Counted from the stretch's first letter, positions 45,601-61,260 are shown. The stretch: DNA of 64,000 nucleotides from Chrysemys picta bellii (GCF_011386835.1 NC_088808.1:24366001-24430000); one strand, 5' to 3'. Numbers and translations are program-made. Notes: a model not told the origin generated them from the letters alone.

Positions 45601-48573
45601 GCTTGTGTGGGGCAGAGATGAATAAAGGCCTGGAAATGCAAATAATACATAAAGAATTAGGTAAAGTGGTATAGTGTATTATTAGACACTGGTTTTTGGC
45701 TACAGGTTTAAATTAGATGGATGAGCTGTACACCCTACCTGAAGCTTATCAACACCACACAGTCACTGGGGAACTGGGTAGTATCTTCAGAGGAAAGTAT
45801 CATTGGCATTGCGGGACGGGATTGAGGTGTATTGTCAGAATCCTCCAACTTCTACTACAATTTGCTGCTAGTAGCCATTCTCTTTCAGAAGTGGGAACAT
45901 ATGCTGCTCACTTCACTATGAAAGGACAATATGTAGAGCAAGGACAATGATTTTTTTCTGCTACACCAACAGTGTGTAATTACTTCTAGATGAGATGTAC
46001 AAATAGCTGCATTTCTTTGCTGAGTATGTATTTGAATTGCCTTTTGCAACAATCCCAGAAACTAGACGCTTGAGGCTTTTGTTATTTATTTAAAAATCAT
46101 CTTGTCAGACTTGGTCTAGAGGTCTTTAGACAAGTGTTTCTGGTTTAATGTCTTTACAGAACTCCAACAATGCACCACATAATCATATGTATTCCCATTT
46201 CTAGCCACTTTGACTTGGTCGCAGCCAGAAGTACATGGTAATCCTCCCTCACCTCGGCATGGCCATGTGGTGGTTGCAGTTGGGACCAAGCTTTTCATAC
46301 ATGGTGGGTTATCTGGTGATAAATTTTACAATGATCTGTTCTGCATTGATACAAGTAAGTATATAAAGTAGCTATAGCTGCATTAATAAGTAGTGTGATG
46401 TGGGCTGCTTTGAAAGAGACCATCTCTTACAGAACCACTAAAATAACTATTGGATAGGTGCAGTAAATAGGCTCCAGGGTGGCTGGTTGGTGCTGGGGCA
46501 TGTTGCTTTTGTTGTTTGTCATGCTGATCCTCAGTTCTTAAGCAGGCAGAAATCCTATTGGCTTCAGTGAGAGATTTGTCTACAGGTCTAATGGACTGGG
46601 ATTGGTGGTGACAATGCAAAAGTGTGTGTGCGGGGCCTCCCCTCTGTCAAAGCCAACTGCTGGTTACAAGCTGAGAAATATGGGCATTTCTGTAATATGG
46701 CTATGGAGATAATTACTATTTGACGTATCCAAGAGCTGAATGTATGTTGCTGTTGGGGTTCTTTTGACTGCTGAAAAACTCCTTGACAGTGATTAATTAC
46801 CACAAAGTATCTGAAAGACTGGCACCCCATGTTTCTTTCATAAATGGCTGCAGTAGCATATTCTGTAAATATTAATTAAAACAATGCTCTGTCTTTACTG
46901 TGTAAGGCACTCTCATGAGTCAGAATGGCAGTGAAAGCTCTATCCATTCTATTGATGTTCTATACAAGTAGAACCTCAGAGTTACCAACACCTCGAGACT
47001 GGAACTTGTTCATAACTCTGAACAAAACGTTATGGTTGTTCTTTCAAAAGTTTACAACATTGACTTAATACAGCTTTGAAACTTTACTATGTAGAAGAAA
47101 TATGCTGCTTTTAATCATAATTTAAATGAAACAAGCACAGAAAAAGTTTCCTTACCTTGTCAAGTCTCTTTTAAATTTCCCCTTTATTTTTTTAGTAGTT
47201 TACATTTAACACAGTACTGTACAGTATTCGCTTTTTTAAAAAATCTCTGCTTCTGCCTAATTGCGTACTTCCAGTTCCAAATGAGATGCCTGGTTGACTG
47301 GTCAGTTCGTAACTCCGAAGTTCTACTATAGTTGCTCCCCTATTATATATGGGAGGGAGAACATCATCAACCAAGTGTACTCCTGCTGCTTGATGGTTGT
47401 TGGTACCACCAGGAACTCCCATGCAATGGAAAGAAGAAATCTAGCACATCCCCATAGAAGGAAAATCTTTGTGCTTCCCCCAATGCCACCTCCCCAGAAG
47501 GACAGTACCTCTGATGCAGGAAAGTGCGAAGTACCTGCAATTGTTGTTCACATCCAAAAAGAACAGCAGTCTTGTTACTAGCCTGAGCTCTTACAAGCAA
47601 AGCCCAAGTGTGACTGCTTTAAAACAAAAGCAAACTCAAAGATGGGGCTGATTCAGAGGATTTCAGACCCTGCCCAACTGTTGGCCTTTTAATGCTAATA
47701 AATAGCCGTTTATTTCATTCTATACAATATAGCCACGGATTTATTTTTCTGCCTATAGATGATATGAGATGGGAAAAGTTACCAGCTGCTGGTGATGTCC
47801 CAGGAGGACGGGCAGCTCACTCAGCTGCTGCCTTTGGAGACCATCTGTACATTTTTGGTGGAATGGACCCAACTGGGGCACTGGATACAATGTATAAATA
47901 CCACATAGGTGGGAAGTTTTTTTTCATAAAATTCTACAAAGGTTTTTACCCTTAATTACTGTATGAAAAATATATTTTTATCATAGGAATTATTATTACA
48001 TCTTCCCTAGAAACTCCAAACCCAATTCCCTTCTTGGTTACCACAACTTTACACCAGTGTGTGTCTATTGAAATCAGTGGCATTACTCCAATTCTACACT
48101 GGTATAATGTTATGGTTAATCAGCATGACCTCCCCACCCCACCCTTTTTTTTTTTAAGGCGTTATAACATTGCAGACTAGTCCATAATTTGATGATGCCA
48201 CTATCCTTGTTGTTCTTTCCAAACTGATTTCACAGTGAGTTTTGTCTTTTTTTGAACTGCAGAAAACCGACAATGGACGCTATTAGAATTTGATTCTCCT
48301 TTGCCCCCTGGAAGGTTGGACCATTCCATGTGCATCGTTCCATGGCAAGTATGTGTCAATGTTAAGAACAGAGATTCAGAAGCTGTAACCAGCAGAAATA
48401 CAATCGGGAAGGAAGCAACTGAAACAGTCAGTGATGAGGGGGACTCTGATCAGAAAAAACGAATAGGAAAAGACTGCACAGAAGACAAATTGATGTATTT
48501 GTTTTTAATATTTGGTGGGATGGATACTCAAGGGGAGATTCACAGGGACTGTATTGTGAATCTGATTAAGTAA
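42579..48573 (+). CDS. RABEPK: Rab9 effector protein with kelch motifs (p40), 380 aa, complete
   Basis: join(42579-42637,43012-43169,44218-44370,45385-45546,46205-46354,47759-47908,48263-48573), 1143 nt in frame; kelch repeats (ARVGH, PRYEH, PRTFH, PRHGH, GRAAH, GRLDH; FGG/HGG); probable non-coding exon 1 ending at donor 42068|gtgagc. Confidence 0.96.
43012..43169 (+). CDS. RABEPK: RABEPK coding exon 2
   Basis: ttctag|G YTLVPLGESPSARVGH...IIDL G|gtaaga. Confidence 0.96.
43345..43623. mobile_element. Harbinger-like MITE with termini resembling 10060-10345
   Basis: GGTGTACACTAC...GTAGTGTAGACCAAGCC|TTA. Confidence 0.65.
44218..44370 (+). CDS. RABEPK: RABEPK coding exon 3
   Basis: ttgcag|AT RHQW...LLPRYEHATF...QVLNL G|gtaagt. 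Confidence 0.96.
45385..45546 (+). CDS. RABEPK: RABEPK coding exon 4
   Basis: aattag|AA TGIWESP...PRTFHTSSAAIG...VFDT G|gtacct. Confidence 0.96.
46205..46354 (+). CDS. RABEPK: RABEPK coding exon 5
   Basis: ttctag|CC TLTWSQPE...PRHGH...CIDT A|gtaagt. Confidence 0.96.
46965..47328. mobile_element. Tc1/mariner (Tigger-like) MITE
   Basis: TA|CAAGTAGAACCTCAGAG...CTCCGAAGTTCTACTA|TA; paralogous to 49189-49453. Confidence 0.75.
47759..47908 (+). CDS. RABEPK: RABEPK coding exon 6
   Basis: ctatag|AT DMRWEKL...AAHSA...YKYHI G|gtggga. Confidence 0.96.
48263..48573 (+). CDS. RABEPK: RABEPK last coding exon
   Basis: ctgcag|AA NRQWTLLEF...PPGRLDHSMC...FGGMDTQGEIHRDCIVNLIK TAA. Confidence 0.96.
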
Positions 48574-48577
48574 TAAA
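48572..48577 (+). terminator. RABEPK: AATAAA overlapping the RABEPK stop codon
   Basis: AAG TAA TAAAAG. Confidence 0.55.
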
Positions 48578-49188
48578 AGCAGAGTACTCAAACTGTCCAC
48601 TTGTATAAATCTATAATAATTCTTTTTTCAGTGTTTATAACTGATAAGATCACTCCAAGAAATGAAATTCTGGCATGAACTGAGTGTTGTGCTAAGAAAA
48701 TCTTATTTATTAAAATTCTCTTGTTATAGATGACTCTATTTATTACTTTACCTTCCTGGGCTGCTGTGTAGATTTACATGTATGTAATGTCCTTCACCTT
48801 AAAGGGTCACAAACTCCAGAAATGTGTACAGCTACCTTTTATAGTCTCCTTCAGAGGATATGCAACTAAGAGGTAGATTTAATGCATATTTTGCTATTGG
48901 CAAGAGTGGAGCTGAAGCCCAGGTGGCTGGCTGTGGAATCTGCCTTGTGATCAAGATGAGCTGATGGAATGTGCTTTGAAGGAAAAACAATTTCATCTGT
49001 TTGAGGTAATCTTTCCATAGCAGCCTTCTGGTTAGCAAGTCCTCTCCATCATTCATTTCTCAGGACTGGTCTCCATGGAGAAAGTTTGGCATAAATATGT
49101 CAGCATAGTTAAAACTCTCTTGCTGTATTGGTCTAATCCCTACCTTGCCTCTTATTCCAATTTTTCTTATCAGTTTGGAAGTAGTATA

Positions 49189-49453
49189 CAGTAGAACCTC
49201 AGTTATGAACATTTCAAGAATGGAAGTTGTTTAACTCTGCACAAAACAATTCTTTCAAAAGTTTACAACTGTACATTGCCTTAATACAGCTTTGAAACTT
49301 TACTATGCAAAAGAAAAATGCATTCCTTTTATTGTACATTTTAAGAGTACTGTATTTGCTTTTATTTTTTGATCTCTGCTGGTGTGTGATTGAGTACTTC
49401 TGGTTCCAAATGAGGTGTGGTTGACAGATCAATTTGTAACTGAGGTTCTACTG
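49189..49453. mobile_element. Tc1/mariner (Tigger-like) MITE
   Basis: TA|CAGTAGAACCTCAGTT...AACTGAGGTTCTACTG|TA, perfect 16-bp TIRs. Confidence 0.85.
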
Positions 49454-51773
49454 TATAAATTAAACTTGAAAGAAACATAAGGGTGTTCCACAGTGGTATA
49501 ACTAACACTAAAATTGGCTGTGTAGATAAGCCCCTAAACATAGCTCCCCTCCGGTGTGACCAGGGGGTAGCTATAATCCTCTCACAATACTGAAGTGTAA
49601 AGGTCCTGGATTTAACTTGATACTAGTGATGGGCATAGTATCCATAGAGGCAGTCACCTTATTTTTAATCTACTGCTCAATTACATTTAAACCTCAGCAG
49701 CATAAAACTAGTGGGTGGGATTTTAATTATTCCAAATCTAATTCTTATGCCAGTGAGCCTTTCATTTAGTATCTTAAAAGTTAACTTCAAGGATGAGGAA
49801 GGTTTGTCATTTAAAAAAATTGAAGTGTATTCCTAGATAAGCCAAAGATGAAATTGTAAACTAGCAATGGGGACTGAGATCTGCCCTCTGTGAAATCAAT
49901 TTTTGGTGGTTTTCTCCCTGTAAGATCAATGTTAAAGTGAAACTTGGCAAAGCCTATTCAGCTATGAGTGGTTGCTAGGTCTATGGAAGGTGGGACATTT
50001 TAATACTACTAGGAAATGGATAGTGAAGTGGAAATATTAGTTAACATAATTGGACAGTGATGGCAAATAAATTTATTCTGAATCAAAAGGTACTATGCAC
50101 TGCCCAAATAGTTCTTAGAGTGGCTCTGTCAAGTGAATGAAGGGGGAAGGCAAGTTCATTACTCATGAAGCTTTTTCCCCATGGTTCAGCAAATAAAGGA
50201 ACTGGATGAGTGGATGCATTAAGGGATTACAAATATGGTATTATGCTGAACAAAGTAACCATACCTTATTTTACAGTACTGTGTCCAGGTTTGACTTACC
50301 CCATTAGTGTGTTAAAGGCCAAGAAGTGGTTGTTCAATTGAATGGAGTTTAGTGTGGAAATAAGAGGGTATGTGACTAGGGCATCAAAAACTCAGGATCT
50401 AGTAAAAGCTACATACAGCCTTTTCACACTAATGGAGGTTATTCCATTGAAGTACTCACACTTAAAGAGGAAAATCCCTGTAGTGTAGAATGAGATTGCT
50501 TTTTAGTGCAGTACTTCTGCATCTTTAAATAGTCTCTCTACCCAGCTGAAAACACTGCATATAAAACATTTAACTTTCTCTTCAGGTCATACCACTGCTT
50601 TCCAGTGACATTTGTAGGATTGGGTAAGGAAACTAATTCTGGGTAAGTGCCATACAGAACACTGGAGCTAAATCAGTACTGCCAGAGCCTAGGAGTGCAT
50701 GATAATTAGCTGCATGGTTCAGCCAGGCATTTCCTATGCTATACTGTTTGCTAAGCCTCTGCTCCACCACACACACTAATCACATTTCTGTGCCTCAAAG
50801 CTGCACATATCCAACAGCTCTTAAGAGGCTACAAAGTCAAAGGACACTGGGAGTGTCACGTCACCACTTTGAAAGGTGGAAATCAGCTTTGGCATTAGAA
50901 AATAGAAATCCTGTCAAAGCCAAGATACATGAACAGTATGTTTAGCACAGGCTGGGATATACCTCTACCTACACCAGGTTTAGAATGTGATATCCAAAAC
51001 AGCAACAAGGAAAGTACAGAACAAAGCACATTAAACAGGTGGGTTGATGTTAGTAATGTGGCAGAGTTTTGTAAAACCATACTATAAATATTAGCAAAAA
51101 TGCATATCGAAGCACAACTTTAGGAGAATATGCCAAAACAAGTAGTTTGCAGAAGGCAGGCATATATGTTTTGTATTGTACTATTGTCTCTCTCAATGAG
51201 ACCAAGCTTGTGCTGAATCACAAGTGCAGCCAATTGTTCAACTATACCTCTGTTGATCTGTCCAGCTGAACACAACAGCTCTGCTGCTCCATAGTAGGTC
51301 CCTTTCCTGCTAATGGGAGGAAAAGGACCAGCTGGCTAGGTACACAGAACCCCTGCAAAAGTACCTTGTACCTATGGGTGCTTTACATGTGCTTCAGGGA
51401 CACTAAACTTGAGTAGGCTGTAGGCACTAATCTTATCACTTGGAGTAGTAAATATCATCCAGCCTTCTTGAGGCTGACTTGGTCCTCCCACCCCTTGGTT
51501 ACCTAGAGAAGCACTGATTTAGACTTTAACTGCTCACTGAACCTTAAGGGAGGTAGGTCCTTTTTCTAGCAAGTTAGGCATGACAGCTGTCCAGTTACTA
51601 ACAGCACTTCAGGTTAAATGCTTACACTGAAGTGCTTGTGGGACTATTTGCAGGATGAACAGAACTTTAGTTGAAAAGAGCATTTTAAGGAAGTGAACTG
51701 CACCCCGTGAGTGTGGTAGTCTAAGCAGACATGCCAGGAAATAAGTTAAGCTAGATCCAGTGTAAGTAACAAA

Positions 51774-51779
51774 TTTATT
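51774..51779 (-). terminator. HSPA5: HSPA5 poly(A) signal AATAAA
   Basis: tttatt on +, about 310 nt after the stop codon. Confidence 0.7.
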
Positions 51780-52085
51780 GTGGTCACTTGGGTAGAAAAA
51801 AGTTCTACACACAATGCACATGACCAGTTAGGATGTTTTCCACATGAACACTTCTAAACCCCAACTCATTTTACAGTCCCACCCCACTACCCTTCCCTCC
51901 CGCCTCCCCCACAGACATCAAGCAACTGCTAATGAAAAGCAGTAAACAGCCACTTTGGGCTAACATTTCCATCTCCACTCAGAAGTGAAGATTCCAATTA
52001 CATTCCAGATTAGAGTTCAATATTATCTTAACAGAAGAGTTCCTGAGTCCAGTATTTACAAGTTAACATTCAGAGATCCCAAGAT

Positions 52086-56543
<4,458 letters not shown>

Positions 56544-56557
56544 GCTGAACCGGGGAC

Positions 56558-56649
56558 CTGCGGAGCCAAGCGAGAGGAGAGCGGCTCAGCCCCGCCGCGC
56601 CAGCGGCCGGGCCCCCAGCCCCACGCCCTAGGCCGCACGCCACACTCAC
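56558..56649 (-). other. HSPA5: Probable 92-nt intron in the HSPA5 5' UTR
   Basis: donor ACGG|GTGAGT at 56649; acceptor CTCCGCAG|G at 56558, 14 nt before ATG; TATA box upstream. Confidence 0.7.
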
Positions 56650-56724
56650 CGTCACCGCGCCTCGCACGCACCCGCTCCGCTCGCTACTGCCGCCGCTATG
56701 CCCAGGCCGCCCCGGCCGCCTACC

Positions 56725-56732
56725 CTTATATA
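56725..56732 (-). promoter_or_regulatory. HSPA5: HSPA5 TATA box (TATATAAG)
   Basis: cttatata on +, 17 nt downstream of ERSE1. Confidence 0.85.
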
Positions 56733-56748
56733 CCCTCCCTCACGGCTT

Positions 56749-56767
56749 CGTGGAGGCCAACTATTGG
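56749..56767 (-). promoter_or_regulatory. HSPA5: ERSE1 (CCAAT-N9-CCACG)
   Basis: CCAAT AGTTGGCCT CCACG, exact consensus for NF-Y plus ATF6/XBP1. Confidence 0.95.
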
Positions 56768-56780
56768 CTGCGGAACCCGC

Positions 56781-56799
56781 GCTGGAACCTTTCCATTGG
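56781..56799 (-). promoter_or_regulatory. HSPA5: ERSE2-like
   Basis: CCAAT GGAAAGGTT CCAGC. Confidence 0.8.
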
Positions 56800-56813
56800 T
56801 TGGCACCGACTAA

Positions 56814-56832
56814 GCTGGCCACTGTTGATTGG
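56814..56832 (-). promoter_or_regulatory. HSPA5: ERSE3-like
   Basis: CCAAT CAACAGTGG CCAGC. Confidence 0.8.
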
Positions 56833-56853
56833 CGGAGATCAAGCTCTCCGCAG

Positions 56854-56861
56854 TGACGTGT
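56854..56861 (+). promoter_or_regulatory. HSPA5: ATF/CRE-like site upstream of the ERSEs
   Basis: TGACGTGT; further CCAAT boxes near 56889, 56915 and 56954. Confidence 0.6.
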
Positions 56862-57155
56862 GGCGTCGCACCCCTCCGTCATCGTTCCATTGGCCCGTTT
56901 TACCCGTGTCGCGGACCAATCAGCTTCGAAGGGACAGCCAAGCGGAGTGAGCCCATTGGCTGGGAGCAGTCGTCACGTTGCAGGAAGAGAGAGGCGGTGC
57001 TGGTCCATTCTGGAAGTTTCTATGGTTACCAGCCCCTGGGGAGGGAGTCGGGAACGGGGGAAATGGGGGCGAGGGGTTGCCAGGAGAGACCAAGGAGCGA
57101 ACGGCCCCGGGGTCACAGCTCCTGTCCCCACTGCCACACGGGGCCTGGGGCTCTG

Positions 57156-57605
57156 TGACGCTCCCCCCACAGGGGCCTCGATGGGCCAGAGGACATGGTG
57201 ACGTCCCACCGAGGGGTCACGGCGGGCCTGGAGACTGTGTGACCTCCCCACATGGCAGCCTCAACGGAGCAGGGGATGGCCTGACGCTCCCCACACAGGG
57301 GCCTCGATGGGCCAGAGGACATGGTGATGTCCCACTGAGGGGTCACGGCGGGCCTGGAGACTGTGTGACCTCCCCACATGGCAGCCTCAGTGGAGCAGGG
57401 AACGGCCTGACGCTCCCCACACAGGGGCCTCGATGGGCCAGAGGACATGGTGACGTCCCACTGAGGGGTCACGGCGGGCCTGGAGACTGTGTGACCTCCC
57501 CACATGGCAGCTTCAGTGGAGCAGGGAACGGCCTGACGCTCCCCACACAGGGGCCTCAATGGGCCAGAGGACGGCGTGATGTCCCACATCGAGGCCACGA
57601 CTGGT
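57156..57605. repeat. 126-bp minisatellite, about 3.6 copies
   Basis: unit starts TGACGCTCCCC at 57156, 57282, 57408, 57534. Confidence 0.95.
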
Positions 57606-58988
57606 GACAGCATGACATCTCTCATGCAGGCCATGACGAGAAGCCCTGCACGGAAGGCACCGCAGAGCAACTTGACTACCCACGTGGGAGCTAGGATGTG
57701 GTGATATGATGTCTCCATGCACATTATGTCACACTACAAATTCTCTGATGTTATTGTATGCATCCCATAGAGAAAGTTAGAGAGAGTCAGGTGATAGTGT
57801 GTTACCTGCATTGTAGATTGACATAGAGTAAAACAAAACACTCAAATCCATGTAAAACTGCCTTATAAGCATTAACTTGTCAAGAACTGGGTTTTAATTC
57901 TCATCTTCAGGTCTTTCTGAACAGAAAAAAGAGGTCTGTTTGCTGATATAATCACACCCTTTTGGTTTTTGCTGCCCCGTTCAAACTGGAAAATGAACAG
58001 GTCCTTCCTATTAGGTTTGGCACTTTTTAGGCTTTGTTATTGAGTCACAATGGCTTGTTATTGCACCACCACATCCTGACACAAATATCACTCACTCCCT
58101 CGCATTACATCAGCCTCAAGATATCACAGGATAGGTGGAAATTCAATAGTTAATCATAAAATAAACTGTCACTACACATTTAACTCCCCTAAATTACCCC
58201 TGAGCTACCAATAGAGTAGATTTTTGTGCCCTCCTATCTAATCTATATATGTAGCTAAACTTTAAACAAAATCACATTCAGGCAAAATCTATGTCTGTCA
58301 AGTTTCAGCTGAAAGAAGAAAGTTTTCAGGAAGTTAAAAGTGACAAAATAAAAGGCTAGAATGAAAACTGTTATGCATCCTTTAAAAGGCATTAAGTTCG
58401 GAACCTAATAAGTTTGGAAACCTAAGTTAAAAGAAGTTTCAGGGATTGTACCAATTCTCAAGTCGTCCTGTCATTTTTTGCAGTTTTACAATCACATTTT
58501 CTGATATTGTTTGTCTTTCTCCTGTAGTTGTGTTGAAGACCCAAGCAAACAATGCCCAAGAAAGCAACATTTTAGAACAATTAAACCGTTGACTTGTGAG
58601 GAGACAAACCTTTCAGAGGAGCTGGACTGAGACTAGACTAAATACAAAACTCATTTCTTCCATTTATCTTTCCCTTAATAAATTCTTTACACGGACATTC
58701 AACATTCTCTCTCTCTCTCTGTTTCTCACACACACAAGAAAAAATCCAAAAATACATACGAAAGAAGCTATTCTCACAAGTTAAAGAAGAGAGGGATTGT
58801 TATTATATTTAAAAAAAAATAACTGAGAAGCGCTCACAGTGCAGGAAGCCATATAAGTACATATACAGATAGATTAGATTTATACAAAGAGAATGTTTGT
58901 ACATTGTTCTAAACATAAAAATGCTATATCCAGACTGGTTATTGTTGCATGAGCTGCACTCTGCTTAAGTGGACAGCTTTCTTAACAC

Positions 58989-59304
58989 CAAGGGTTCTCA
59001 AACTTCATTGCACTGCGACCCAAAAATTACTACAGGACCCCAGGAGGGGGACTGAACCCGCCCAAGTCCCATCACCCCAGGCGGAGGGGCCAAAGCTGAA
59101 GCTCAAGGTTGCAGCCCCAGGCAGGGGGCCTATAACCTGAGCCCCGCCACCCAGGGCTGAAGCCCTCGGGCTGCCCCAGGCGGTGGGGCTCAGGCTTTGG
59201 CTTCAGCCCCGGAGCCCAAAAAGTGTAACAGCAGCCCTGGCAACCCCATTAAAACAGGGTCAAGACCCACTTTGGAGTCCCGACCCACAGTTTGAAAACA
59301 ACTG
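58989..59304. mobile_element. hAT-type MITE
   Basis: exact 8-bp TSD CTTAACAC; termini CAAGGGTTCTCAAACT / AGTTTGAAAACAACTG. Confidence 0.85.
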
Positions 59305-59486
59305 CTTAACACCATTAAGTGAACTACACAGGTTCAAACAGTGCCAGGAGACCATCAGGAGAGACAAAGAGGCCAAATCTACAGTATGTTGTGCTGTCCC
59401 TACTCCCTACATGTGTAAGTCACTGCCATTTTTATTTCCCCACTCACCTTTTTTTCAAATATCTTCTTTTAACCTTTACATTATAT

Positions 59487-59833
59487 CAGTGATGGGCAAC
59501 CTGCAGCCTGTGGGCTGCATGCAGCCCGTCAGGGTAATCTGCTGGCGGGTCACGAGACAGTTTGTTTACATTGACCGTCCGCTGGCACGGCCGCCCGCAG
59601 CTCCCAGTGGACGCGGTTTGCCGTTCCCGGCCTTTGGGAGCTGCGGGAAGCAGTGCAGGCTGGCCACCGCTTTCCGCAGCTCCTATTGGCCTGGTATGGC
59701 AAACTGCGGCCATTGGGACCTGCGGGCGGCCGTGCCTGCGGACGATCAATGTAAACAAACTGTCTTGCGGCTCGCCAGCGGATTACCCTGACAGGCCGCG
59801 TTTGGTCCGCCGGCCACAGGTTGCCCACCACTG
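59487..59833. mobile_element. Palindromic hAT-type MITE
   Basis: TIRs CAGTGATGGGCAACCTG / CAGGTTGCCCACCACTG; TSD CATTATAT/CATTATAC. Confidence 0.88.
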
Positions 59834-60697
59834 CATTATACAATCTTTGACTTTGGAGGATTTGGGTAGTTTATATATATGCACTTTATTTATTTTTTTC
59901 TTTGCCATTATTTCTACTTTGTGTTGACACAGTATTGTTATTTAATTTCCTTCTTTTAAGGGACCTTAAGTTACTGATTCAAATACTGTACTTACTCTTC
60001 AGAAGAGGACTCTCTCCTGGCAGATATCTATGCTTCCTGGGAGTTGGATGTAGTCTGGATACTCTATTTCTCCTCAGCAAAACTTGTGTATATAAGGGGA
60101 ATGTTTTTCTCTTCCTAGCTGAGAACATGTTTATTGATGTTTGTTTAGCTCTAGAGGAAGCAATCTCATAATACTAGCAAATGTTCTGGGTTTCTTTTTG
60201 GATATAAGGTGGCAGCTGACTGTATTGTACCCAACCTTAACAGTGTGTAATATGCTGTATGTTTTTGCTTGACTGCCATTATTGGGCATATTTCAATTTG
60301 CCACATTTATCATCATTGTTTCTAAAATGTTATTAAAAACGAATACCGTTTTTTTAAAGATTCATTTGATCAGAGAAGGAGGCCTGAAGGAGTTAGGGTG
60401 TGATGATTCACAAAAAGACTGGTGAATAGAGCTTTGGAGGTGTTAGATAGGCACATTTTTCATGTTACATCATGAAAGGTTGCTTGGAAGGGAAATCTCC
60501 AAGGATAACTCTGGTGCTGCAGGAAAATGGTGCTGATGATTCAGTAAAAGCTTCTCTCCCTCAATCAGTACTGACCCCAACGCTCAATCATGATGCTAGA
60601 GGATACCATACTAATATTTGTAAAAAGGTTTGAGGTCCTGGAATGGAATGTTCTTAGTGTTAGGTAGCATTATTAATTAATTTATTATTATTACTAG

Positions 60698-60853
60698 TTT
60701 CAGAGTAGCAGCCGTGTTAGTCTGTATCCGCAAAAAGAACAGGAGTACTTGTGGCACCTTAGAGACTAACAAATTTATTAGAGCATAAGCTTTCGTGGAC
60801 TACAGCCACGGGACTAATAAATTTGTTAGTCTCTAAGGTGCCACAAGTACTCC
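60698..60853. mobile_element. Penelope-like terminus arranged as a fold-back
   Basis: 12-bp TSD TATTATTACTAG; 41-bp perfect inverted repeat 60741-60781 / 60814-60854. Confidence 0.88.
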
Positions 60854-61074
60854 TATTATTACTAGAGCTTCCAAATGTAAATGAGAAATTAAATAGAGTT
60901 ACCGACAACATTTGGTTATTACAAATACTTTAGCATTTTTCAGAAGAGTAAATGTGTTAAACCTGCTGTCCTGATAACATTTTGTGCGAGTAATTACATT
61001 CCACCCCACTGAATTCTCCCTGCTGTGTCAATTGGATACAAGATTCTCCTTCATCAGTGATGATTGTCAGGGAG

Positions 61075-61260
61075 TTGGTTGAGAGTCAGGAGCTCTGGGT
61101 TCTATTCCTAGCTCTGCAACTAACTCACTTTGTGACCTTTAGCAAATTATTTAATCTTTCTGTGCCTTAGTTTCCTTATCTGTTAAATGTTGATAATACT
61201 TCTCTATCTCACAGGGTAGTTGTGAAGATAAATTAATGTCTGTAAAGTTCTTTGAGTTGA
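61075..61260 (+). mobile_element. MIR/CORE-SINE-like element
   Basis: GAGTCAGGAGCTCTGGGTTCTATTCCTAGCTCTGC...TGTGACCTTTAGCAA...GTGCCTTAGTTTCCTTATCTGT. Confidence 0.7.

Noticed and set aside
57156-57605. CRISPR-like array
   Set aside because: No unique spacers; whole units are repeated; vertebrate context.
56978-57724. Repeat-protein ORFs on both strands (42-aa period)
   Set aside because: A by-product of a 126-bp unit divisible by 3; the + ORF starts at TTG; no splice or homology evidence.
60534-60574. Box C (TGATGA) and box D (CTGA) snoRNA-like pair
   Set aside because: Only about 40 nt apart, no terminal stem, not in a recognised intron.
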